34,522 bases of DNA, taken from an uncultured Clostridium sp. (GTDB lineage: Bacteria; Bacillota; Clostridia; Clostridiales; Clostridiaceae). Within the stretch, counting starts at the first letter, position 1; every line of letters starts with the position of its first letter. The stretch spans positions 1 through 34,522 of the forward strand of contig CAYYVR010000008.1 of assembly GCA_964475185.1 (NCBI GenBank), in the 5' to 3' direction. A program made the position numbers and the translations under genes. This document shows positions 1 through 7,721 of this stretch, piece by piece. Below the pieces are notes generated by a model. The model made no database searches. It had not been told where the DNA came from and worked only from the letters and a program-made list of their open reading frames with translations.

Positions 1-4
1 CCAA

Positions 5-57
5 AGGCTCCCAAGGATCAGACATGATGTCCGGTCGTCGGGAGCCTGGATTTTTTT
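5..57. terminator. Stem-loop with T-tract; probable intrinsic terminator for a + strand gene left of the window and/or tadA
   Basis: AGGCTCCC (5-12) pairs with GGGAGCCT (40-47), with inner GACA/TGTC pairing; followed by GGATTTTTTT; lies downstream of the tadA stop. Confidence 0.55.
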
Positions 58-114
58 GGATCTCATGTGGTTTTTCCGGAAGAAGGGGCGGGGTCCGGAC
101 GCAGTCTGGCTGGA

Positions 115-666
115 TTATTTTTCCGATCCGGTTTTTCTGGCCGCGAAAAACGCCTGAAGCAGCTCTTCAGCCACGGGGTGATACGCCCATATGACATTCA
201 GATGGATGTGATTGAGAGGATCCCGGGTCAGATCCATGACGGTCCCCAGGGCGCCGGACTGGACTTCATGGAGGGCTACGTGGACCTCCCGGATCCGAGA
301 CTGGGTGATCAGGGAGGCGCACATGGGGCAGGGTTCCAGGGTGACATACATGACGCAGCCCGTCAGGCGCCAGTCCCCGATCCGGCTGCAGGCATCGCGG
401 ATGGCCAGTACCTCCGCGTGGGCACTGGGGTCCCTTCGTTTTTCTTTTTCGTTATGGCCCCGCCCGATGACTTCTCCGCTGCGCATGATCACACAGCCCA
501 CGGGGATCTCGCCTTCGTTCAGAGCCAGCCGCGCTTCTTTCAGGGCCAGCTCCATGGGATCCTCTGAGGGTCCAAAAGAAGAGCTCCGGGTCAGGGCATC
601 GCCGGATGACAGGCTGGCGTCAGGCGGCCGGGCAGTTGATTCATCAGATGTTGGTTTATGCTTCAA
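115..666 (-). CDS. tadA: tRNA adenosine(34) deaminase
   Basis: EIPVGCVI, HAE and TLEPCPMC zinc-deaminase motifs, C-terminal LLQAFF..R; TTG start with AGGAGG at 673-678; about 35 aa low-complexity N-terminal extension. Confidence 0.9.
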   Translation of the reverse strand: MKHKPTSDESTARPPDASLSSGDALTRSSSFGPSEDPMELALKEARLALNEGEIPVGCVIMRSGEVIGRGHNEKEKRRDPSAHAEVLAIRDACSRIGDWRLTGCVMYVTLEPCPMCASLITQSRIREVHVALHEVQSGALGTVMDLTRDPLNHIHLNVIWAYHPVAEELLQAFFAARKTGSEK

Positions 667-682
667 TGGATTCCTCCTATGG

Positions 683-706
683 AAAAGGGGACCCGGATGG
701 TCCCCT
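683..706 (-). terminator. Hairpin between the CBS transporter gene and tadA (weak terminator or attenuator)
   Basis: AGGGGACC/GGTCCCCT 8-bp stem with 5-nt loop, followed on the minus strand by a short U run just before the tadA RBS. Confidence 0.4.
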
Positions 707-728
707 CTGTTGCAATGCTCACATTGGC

Positions 729-2084
729 TTAGATGTCGTAATCTGCGCCGTTCTGATCTTTAGCCTGGTCTTTGGTGTGGTCCCTTGAATGATCTTTGGA
801 ATGATCTTTTTTATGATCGGACAATACGTTGATCCGAACGCGGTGGACCCGGTTACGCTCCGTTTGCGTCACCGTGAATTCAAGGTTTTCCCAGGGGATG
901 ATCTGACCTTCTTCCGGGAAGTTGCCCAGCAGTTCAATGATGAAGCCGCCGATGGTGTCCACATCCTCCGATTCGATCTCAAATCCCATTTCGTCATTGA
1001 TGTCGGTCAGTTTCATCATCCCGTCCATTTCATAAACGGAATCACTGATCTTATGGATGGCTTTTTCCGGTTCGTCATCGTACTCATCGTCGATCTCACC
1101 GACGATGGCCTCCAGAAAATCTTCGATGGTGACGATGCCCACTGTCCCGCCGTATTCATCCAGAACAACGGCGATGTGGGTCCGTTCCCGGCGCATTTCT
1201 CGGAACAGTTCCTGTACGAGTTTGAACTCATAAGTGAAAAAAGCGGGGCGGACATAATCCAGCAGGGTGAAGTCCGGACTGTTCTGGGTGAACATCAGAT
1301 CTTTCACATTCAGGATGCCGACGATGTCGTCGGTGGTATCGCGATAGACCGGGATCCTGGAGTATTTTTCCCGATGAATGACTTCCACGACTTCCTCATA
1401 GGGGGTATCAACATCCAGTGACACCATGTCATAGCGCTGGGTCATGATGTCGCTGACCCGCAGGATACCGAACTCCGTCACGTTTTCGATGATCTCTTTC
1501 TCTTCAAGATCCAGCAGGCCCTCTTCAACGGATCCGTCCACGATGTTTTTGAATTCCTCTTTGGTCATCCCCGTTTCTTCAAACCGCCGGATCCCGAACA
1601 GTCTCAGGATGAGGCCGGAGACGCCGTAAAAAAGCACAACAAAGGGATGCAGGATCACCAGAAATACCCGGGTGAGACCCAAAGACATCAGGGAGATCCG
1701 TTCCGGATAACGGCGGGCGATGGATTCAGGCAGGATCTCACCGATGATCAGAATGATCACGGTCATCGCGCCGATGCCGATGAGGATATTGTATGTTTCG
1801 CTGGCGGTGGGCTGGTACCGGTTGATCCATGTGGCGCCCAGTGCCGATGCGGCAACATTGACCAGTGAATTTCCTACGATCATGGTTCGATAAACACTTT
1901 CCTGATCTTCCAAAAGGTGAGCAAGCTTATCTGCATGGCGGACTTCGTCTTCCATAAGATAGCGCAGCTTTCCCTTGGACATGTTCAGAAAAGCCGTTTC
2001 AGCCAGTGATATAAACACCGAAATCAGTATGAGTGCAACTACAACAGCAAGCAATATCGCTTGCCCCGAACTGCTGGGGTCCAA
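729..2084 (-). CDS. Hemolysin-family CNNM/CorC Mg2+/Co2+ transporter (DUF21 + CBS pair + CorC_HlyC)
   Basis: N-terminal TM region with S.AETA and GEILP motifs; CBS motifs YSRIPVY and [16 protein letters not shown]; C-terminal DTIGG; TTG start with AGGAG. Confidence 0.9.
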   Translation of the reverse strand: MDPSSSGQAILLAVVVALILISVFISLAETAFLNMSKGKLRYLMEDEVRHADKLAHLLEDQESVYRTMIVGNSLVNVAASALGATWINRYQPTASETYNILIGIGAMTVIILIIGEILPESIARRYPERISLMSLGLTRVFLVILHPFVVLFYGVSGLILRLFGIRRFEETGMTKEEFKNIVDGSVEEGLLDLEEKEIIENVTEFGILRVSDIMTQRYDMVSLDVDTPYEEVVEVIHREKYSRIPVYRDTTDDIVGILNVKDLMFTQNSPDFTLLDYVRPAFFTYEFKLVQELFREMRRERTHIAVVLDEYGGTVGIVTIEDFLEAIVGEIDDEYDDEPEKAIHKISDSVYEMDGMMKLTDINDEMGFEIESEDVDTIGGFIIELLGNFPEEGQIIPWENLEFTVTQTERNRVHRVRINVLSDHKKDHSKDHSRDHTKDQAKDQNGADYDI

Positions 2085-2213
2085 AAATCATCAACTCCTG
2101 TTTTAGTTAGCATGTGAAAAATAAAATAAAAATATGGATTCATTATATCATATTTCAGGAATTTCTTTTGATATTCATGACTTCAGCTCTGCAGCAGGTC
2201 TGGATCCATGCGG

Positions 2214-2300
2214 TGATCAGGTCTTTGGCCCATCTGTGATCAGATCTTTGGCCCATCTGTGATCAGGTCTTTGGCCCATCTGCGATCAGGTCTTTGACCC
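2214..2300. repeat. Tandem repeat, 23-bp unit TGATCAGGTCTTTGGCCCATCTG, about 3.8 copies
   Basis: Units start at 2214, 2237, 2260 and 2283 (partial), with few substitutions and no spacers. Confidence 0.95.
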
Positions 2301-2536
2301 TTCGGGGACCTCAGGCATCCTCTGAGGATCTGAGAGGTCCTGCATCAGGCTGAAGAGATCTTCGGGGATCAGGGGATGAGACAATGCAGGAGGAACACCC
2401 GTCATCAGTTCGGAAGGATGTTCGGGAGGATGTTAACGTAGTTTTAAAAACAGGATCTTCCTGTTCGGATCACGGCACCGTCACGTATAATAGGGGTAAA
2501 GGCCGGTGTATCACCGATCGAATGAGAGGACACGAT

Positions 2537-3085
2537 ATGATCATCATCATCAACGGACCCTCCGGGTCCGGTAAAACCACCCTTGGAGAATATTTCGGCA
2601 CGTTGGGTCTCAGGGAGATCATTTCAACGACCACCCGCAGTCCCCGGGAGGGGGAGACCCACGGGGTCAGTTACTATTTTGTGACAGAGGAGGAGTTCCT
2701 GGCCGCCGACCGGATCGAAGAGTCTTTCTATTCCGGCCACTACTACGGAGTCACCCGGGAAGAGGTCGAGGCAAAGGTCCGGGACGGTCAGAGTGCCTAC
2801 GCTTCCCTGGACATCAACGGCGTCAGACGATTCAAGGAACTTTATCCCGAAGACACCATCGTCCTGTATCTTCGTGTTTCCAGAACCCTGATCAAACGAC
2901 GGATGGCCCGCCGGGGGGATTCCGTGGCCAATATCCGGCGGCGCCTGGCGCATCACCGGACCACACGGGAAGATCTGAACCACCGGTTTGCGGATTATAT
3001 CATTCACAATCACGGCAGTCTGCAGAACCTGAAAAACCAGGGATTGAAGATCCTCAGAAAGGAAGGGATCATTGGGGAGGAATGA
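2537..3085 (+). CDS. Guanylate kinase-like NMP kinase (182 aa)
   Basis: P-loop GPSGSGKTT, STTTRSPREGE..G.SYYFV and GHYYG NMP-binding motifs; start moved from 2384 to ATG 2537 (GAGAGGA SD at 2524-2530, TATAAT at 2486-2491). Confidence 0.85.
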   Translation: MIIIINGPSGSGKTTLGEYFGTLGLREIISTTTRSPREGETHGVSYYFVTEEEFLAADRIEESFYSGHYYGVTREEVEAKVRDGQSAYASLDINGVRRFKELYPEDTIVLYLRVSRTLIKRRMARRGDSVANIRRRLAHHRTTREDLNHRFADYIIHNHGSLQNLKNQGLKILRKEGIIGEE

Positions 3086-3389
3086 CTCAAGGCTACCAGA
3101 AAGCGGTCGAATCATAGGGTCCGCAGCGGGTGTCCGATGTCCGAACTTGGATCAGGCCCCGAATCCATGGAATGCAGCAGAATGCCTTCGTTCGGAAGCA
3201 TTGATTCCATGGCAGCCAAGGGCTGAATCTGATCAGATACATTACAGAATATTCATGGAATGATTAGAAAAACGATATACTTCCTTCATTGACTGTCCAC
3301 CACTTTCATATTAATTCACTGTATACTTTAACCAAGTGATACATACGTATCTTTCAACTGAAGACACTGGAAAAAAGGAAGTGATCCGG

Positions 3390-3587
3390 ATGAGCGGAAA
3401 GAATACGGGGATAATTATTGGACTCTTCCTTATCACAATTTCACTGCTGTTACTTGGAATCCAAGATAAGAATGGCAGCCCGGAAATCGCTATTTATCTG
3501 ATTTCGGCTGTATTGACGATGGGGATCATTTTCTCGGTGAATTTTATACTGAAACGAAAAGAACGGGATAAGCATCAGGAAAATTGA
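3390..3587 (+). CDS. Small two-TM membrane protein (65 aa), hypothetical
   Basis: Two hydrophobic segments and a basic C-terminus; AAGGAAGTGA upstream of ATG 3390; terminator follows. Confidence 0.65.
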   Translation: MSGKNTGIIIGLFLITISLLLLGIQDKNGSPEIAIYLISAVLTMGIIFSVNFILKRKERDKHQEN

Positions 3588-3616
3588 AACTGCGTCCTCT
3601 GATAATCATTCCCCCT

Positions 3617-3650
3617 GGTATGGCCTTTGGCCATACCTTTCAATTTTTTT
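3617..3650 (+). terminator. Intrinsic terminator
   Basis: GGTATGGCC-TTT-GGCCATACC followed by TTTCAATTTTTTT. Confidence 0.65.
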
Positions 3651-3856
3651 GACTTTATCAGCAAATTTCTAAGTCTGGGATTTTTCAGGGCCGGATCTTG
3701 GGACTGGGATTTTAATCCCAGGGCAGAACCGGAGATGGAGCCCCCGACCACGTGATGGGATGAACTGATATTGAATCTCAACCTTGTAATTTGGTGACAG
3801 TTCGGTGATAATAGGTACGATGAAAAGGTTGACACAAATCAAAACGGAGGCATTGC

Positions 3857-5134
3857 ATGCATAATTTTTCCAGAATTCTAAAAGATGAACTGATTGCCGC
3901 CCTGGGATGCACAGAACCCATCGCAGTGGCGCTGGCCGGAGCCAGAGCCCGCCAGGTCCTCGGATCCAAACCAGTTCAGGTGGATGCATATTGCAGCGGA
4001 AATATCATTAAAAATGTCATGGGCGTAACGGTCCCCAATTCAAAAGGGATGAAGGGGATCGACTCGGCTGTGGCTTTGGGAATTATCGGCGGTGAGCCGG
4101 ATCTTGGCCTGGAAGTCCTATCCCGGCTGACGGATGAAGACATCGCCCGGGCCCGGCAGATGATTGACGATGAGATCATCAGGGTCCACCTGAAGGAAGA
4201 GGTGGCGAATCTGGACATCGAGATCCATTTGAAGGATGCCGCTGACAATCAGGTCATCGTTCAGATCATGAACAAACATAATAATATCGTGAGGATCTCA
4301 CTGAACGGCCATGAATTCATGGAGGCTCAGGTCATGGGCAGAGAAGCAGAGAAAGATCTCTATGAAGGGCTGTCCATGGAAAGGATCCTTGATTATGCAG
4401 ACACAGCAGATCTCACCGAGATCGGCACGGAACTGACCAATCAGATGAAACTGAATGCCGCCATTGCCGATGCCGGTCTGACCAGAGACTTCGGGTCCTC
4501 CATCGGAAAGATCCTGCTGGCCGGGAACGATGACATTCGCACCAGGGCACGGGCCAGAGCGGCGGCGGGGTCGGATGCCCGCATGAGCGGATGTTCGATG
4601 CCGGTGATCATCAATGCCGGTTCAGGCAACCAGGGACTGACCTGTTCGCTGCCTGTCATGGAATATGCCAGGGATCTGAAGGCAGATGAGGAACGGACCA
4701 TGCGCGCCCTGATCGTATCCAATCTGACCGCGCTGCACATCAAACGCTACATCGGACGACTGTCTGCCTACTGCGGCGTCACCAGTGCCGGCGCGGCTGC
4801 CGGCGCAGGCATCTCCTATCTGTATGATCCCTCCGATCGGGAGCGCATCTATGAGACGGTGGCCAACGCGCTGATGATCGATTCGGGCATGGTCTGCGAC
4901 GGAGCCAAACCGTCCTGCGCCGCCAAGATCGCCTCGGCGGTGGACGCCGGGATCACCGGCTTTGAAATGTCCAAAGCCGGCCGGAGCTTCCAGGCTGGTG
5001 AGGGGCTGATGAAGGATAACATCGAAGACACCATCCGGAGCATCGGACGGCTGGGAGCGGTGGGGATGAAGGAAACCGATATCGAAGTACTGAATATCAT
5101 GCTGAATAAGGCGGAACCCGGATCGGGCAAATAA
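3857..5134 (+). CDS. L-cysteine desulfidase, YhaM/CdsB (UPF0597, serine dehydratase alpha-like) family
   Basis: ALGCTEPIA, SDARMSG, GSGNQG, GRLSAYCG and GMVCDGAKPSCAAK family motifs; GGAGG SD; possible promoter TTGTAA-17-GATAAT at 3784-3812. Confidence 0.88.
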   Translation: MHNFSRILKDELIAALGCTEPIAVALAGARARQVLGSKPVQVDAYCSGNIIKNVMGVTVPNSKGMKGIDSAVALGIIGGEPDLGLEVLSRLTDEDIARARQMIDDEIIRVHLKEEVANLDIEIHLKDAADNQVIVQIMNKHNNIVRISLNGHEFMEAQVMGREAEKDLYEGLSMERILDYADTADLTEIGTELTNQMKLNAAIADAGLTRDFGSSIGKILLAGNDDIRTRARARAAAGSDARMSGCSMPVIINAGSGNQGLTCSLPVMEYARDLKADEERTMRALIVSNLTALHIKRYIGRLSAYCGVTSAGAAAGAGISYLYDPSDRERIYETVANALMIDSGMVCDGAKPSCAAKIASAVDAGITGFEMSKAGRSFQAGEGLMKDNIEDTIRSIGRLGAVGMKETDIEVLNIMLNKAEPGSGK

Positions 5135-5195
5135 TTCAGATCCCCTTTGCCTGTTCCCATCATCGAATCCCGTGACCGGAGAATACCGGCGCAGA

Positions 5196-5218
5196 GCAGA
5201 CCGTTACGGTCTGTTTTT
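5196..5218 (+). terminator. Intrinsic terminator
   Basis: GCAGACCG-TTA-CGGTCTGT followed by TTTT. Confidence 0.65.
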
Positions 5219-5350
5219 GCTTAGCCACAATTTTGCCACAGGTTCGCCGGGAGTTTCCGATAGATAGATCTGATGCAATGGATCATAATGTGAATATAAA
5301 CAAATTAGAAGTTCAGATTCAAAGGGATCTGACATAAGGAGCGTATAAGC

Positions 5351-6088
5351 ATGAAAAAAAGACAAATCATCTCTCTGATTTTGGCTGGGGCACTGATCGC
5401 CGGAACAGAATTCGGAATCCGGGTCCTGGCGGATGAGACGGATACCACGCCGCCCGTCCAGACCCAGGAAGAAAACACGGATCCTGCGTTCCCATGGAAC
5501 GGAATGATTCACGGACGCGGCGCAATGCGCGGCTGTTTTGGCGGCATAACCGATTCAAACCTCACCGTGGATCAGCAGAAAGAATTGAACGCATTAAGGG
5601 TCGAGGCCCAGAATATCATGCTCGACTACCGGGAACGGCAGCTGGAACTGCGTGAGCTCCTCACAGAAGCCATCGCAAAGGGCGATCAAGCCGAAATTCT
5701 TGCCGCCTGGGAACAACATACGGCACTGCACAAAGAGATCCAGATCAATCTGGAGCCGGTCAGAACAGCGATGGCCCAGATACTTGGAGAGGAATCAGCA
5801 GAATGGGGATTCTTCCAGGAACGGTTTGAAACCAATCCCATGAGCGAACAGATGGAAGCACTGAAGAATGCAGCAACCGATGAGGAAGCCCTTGAGATCA
5901 TCGAGGATCTTCAAAACTTTGGAGGCGGCAGAGGCAGCAGAGGAAGAGGCAACAAAGGATTCCGCAGCCAGATGCCATGGCAGGGTGAAACCCCTGATGA
6001 GACCGCACCGCGGGGCGAATTTTCCAATAATGGCAGGGGCAGAGGCTTGAACAGAGACCGTTCAGACTTTGGCCGCAACCGCAGATAG
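5351..6088 (+). CDS. Secreted helical protein, Spy/CpxP/ZraP-like
   Basis: Signal peptide (MKKRQ + hydrophobic core + VLA), Gly/Met/His-rich segment, LTxxQ motif (LTVDQ), helical core, RG-rich tail; AAGGAG SD. The CDS is solid; the family call is tentative. Confidence 0.6.
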   Translation: MKKRQIISLILAGALIAGTEFGIRVLADETDTTPPVQTQEENTDPAFPWNGMIHGRGAMRGCFGGITDSNLTVDQQKELNALRVEAQNIMLDYRERQLELRELLTEAIAKGDQAEILAAWEQHTALHKEIQINLEPVRTAMAQILGEESAEWGFFQERFETNPMSEQMEALKNAATDEEALEIIEDLQNFGGGRGSRGRGNKGFRSQMPWQGETPDETAPRGEFSNNGRGRGLNRDRSDFGRNRR

Positions 6089-6285
6089 ACAGTCCTTAAC
6101 GACCCGTGAGACACGGATCCCCCAAGATCCTTCTCAATACATCATAATCCCCTCGGCCTGCAGTGGAACTCTGCAGACCCTTTTCTGTATTTTTCAGGCT
6201 CCTGTTTGATTTACAGAATTCGCAACAAATCCTTCCAACAGGGTTCATATTCACCTGCTATCCTGTAATTCAGAGGTGAAACGAT

Positions 6286-6687
6286 ATGAAAGAAGAAAAC
6301 AAGATCAATGCCGGCGGGTTTTCGCTGAACGCCGATTCTGTCGGCGTCGACAATCAGGTGAAAATCAATTTTACGTTCAAGGCGCCTGTGACGGATTCAA
6401 TGCTCGATGCCCTTGAAGGGGCGGACAATGCCATCAAAGCTGAACGAAAACTGAACAGTCTTCTGGGGCCGAGGCTGGAAGAAACCGGACGCAGTGACAA
6501 TGCGGCGTTCCAGGGCAGGTTCCATGTCACCGCCCTGAATGGATCCATCGAGGGTATGTATGATTCAGACAGCATGGTGCGGTCCTCCGTGGAGGGAGCC
6601 CTCCTGGAGATCCTGCGTGACGGGCTGAAGCAATTGTCCGGGGATGAAAAGGTCAGCGCGGACATCAATTTGGCCTGCTCATTCTAA
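6286..6687 (+). CDS. Hypothetical protein (133 aa)
   Basis: GAGGTG SD, soluble-protein composition, no family recognised. Confidence 0.7.
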   Translation: MKEENKINAGGFSLNADSVGVDNQVKINFTFKAPVTDSMLDALEGADNAIKAERKLNSLLGPRLEETGRSDNAAFQGRFHVTALNGSIEGMYDSDSMVRSSVEGALLEILRDGLKQLSGDEKVSADINLACSF

Positions 6688-6713
6688 CCAGTACAGATTT
6701 CATTTCAAAAGAT

Positions 6714-6772
6714 TCAAAAACCTCTTTTGCACTGATACAATTTTCTTAGATCAGTACACAGGAGGTTTTTGA
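6714..6772 (+). promoter_or_regulatory. Terminator-like hairpin containing an extended -10 promoter and occluding the downstream RBS
   Basis: Arms 6714-6736 and 6750-6772 pair at 21 of 23 positions (one G-U); TGATACAAT at 6733-6741; AGGAGG at 6760-6765 lies in the 3' arm. Confidence 0.7.
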
Positions 6773-6773
6773 C

Positions 6774-7271
6774 TTGAAGAATCAGCCCGTATCCAAATTA
6801 ACGGCATTGGGTCTGTTTGCGGCCCTGATATTTGTAGCCACATACTTATTGAAAATCGTACTCCCCATCGGATATATCCACCTCGGGGACGGCATGATCC
6901 TGGCCGGCGCGATCCTTCTGGGGCCGTCCGCCTGGCTCCCGGCAGCCCTGGGGTCTGTCCTGGCCGACATCATGCTGGGATACACAGCCTACGCGCTGCC
7001 GACCTTTATCATCAAAGGAGCGGTGGGACTCATCGCAGGTCTTCTGCTGAAACGGATCCGGCATCTGGGCGGTGTCGTGCTGGTTTTCATTGGGGTTGAA
7101 ATACTGATGGTGGCAGGGTATTTTGTTGCCGAATCCTTCATGTACGGAGTGAACGGTGCGATCCCCCAGCTATTTGCCAATACGCTGCAGGGGGGATCCG
7201 GAGTGATCGTCGGCGCCATGCTGTTCCCGACGCTCCTGAAACTTCGCCACCGGTTTGTACCTTCCCGCTAA
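6774..7271 (+). CDS. ECF transporter S component (HmpT/PdxU2-like; substrate uncertain)
   Basis: Very hydrophobic 165 aa with GYIHLGD, GSVLAD...GY and PTFIIKG motifs; TTG start with AGGAGG. Confidence 0.85.
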   Translation: MKNQPVSKLTALGLFAALIFVATYLLKIVLPIGYIHLGDGMILAGAILLGPSAWLPAALGSVLADIMLGYTAYALPTFIIKGAVGLIAGLLLKRIRHLGGVVLVFIGVEILMVAGYFVAESFMYGVNGAIPQLFANTLQGGSGVIVGAMLFPTLLKLRHRFVPSR

Positions 7272-7333
7272 GGGCTCAGTCTTAATGGGGACGGGATGAA
7301 TCATTGGGATCGCATCATGAATCGCCGATCATT

Positions 7334-7360
7334 TCAGCCTGCCGCCTGGCAGGCTGATTT
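7334..7360 (+). terminator. Probable terminator of the ECF gene
   Basis: TCAGCCTGCC-GCCT-GGCAGGCTGA 10-bp stem followed by TTT. Confidence 0.55.
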
Positions 7361-7721
7361 CCATATCTGGCCTGATGGGGCCGCAGAAGAAGGCATGGAG
7401 TCAGGGTTCGGGGACCGGATGGGCGGCCTCATTCAACCAATCTGCCCGTCCATCCGGAGAACAGCCGGTATGTATGACAGATCGGCATGGACAGACGGCG
7501 CCGTATTCCGGAACACTAAAAATTGTATCGTTTACGAAAAAGGAAATCATTTTTTTCAACGGGCTGCTGTTACGAACTGCGATTTTTGACCTGGATCGGA
7601 GTGAACTGGAAACTTCTACTAATAATGTTCACGGTTTTAAGATATAATTAAAACGATACCAGTGCTTCGGTCGAAGAGCACTCATCACACATAAATCAAC
7701 CCAAACGGAAGGAGAATGAAT

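Noticed and set aside
1-114. SRP RNA or tRNA downstream of tadA
   Set aside because: The conserved SRP helix-8 motif and tRNA arms are not visible; only a terminator-like hairpin is present.
2214-2300. CRISPR array
   Set aside because: The repeats are head-to-tail with no unique spacers, and there are no cas genes in the window.
2203-2519. Replication origin suggested by the GATC cluster
   Set aside because: No DnaA boxes (TTATCCACA), no AT-rich unwinding element and no dnaA/dnaN context.
2384-2536. N-terminal 51 aa of the GK ORF as given in the track
   Set aside because: A TATAAT and an SD lie inside this stretch, and the kinase fold starts at Met 2537.
3083-3235. Sec read-through of other UGA stops (GK-like gene, small membrane protein, rbsK, xpaC, marR)
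   Set aside because: Each protein appears complete at the stop and I saw no convincing SECIS-like hairpin at the right spacing; the hairpin at 3165-3212 is too far from the GK stop.
7272-7715. T-box leader for serC, and ORFs 7296-7589 and 7375-7647
   Set aside because: No T-box sequence (GGTGGTACCGCG-like) or specifier stem; the ORFs cross a terminator or promoter region and show no recognisable protein features.
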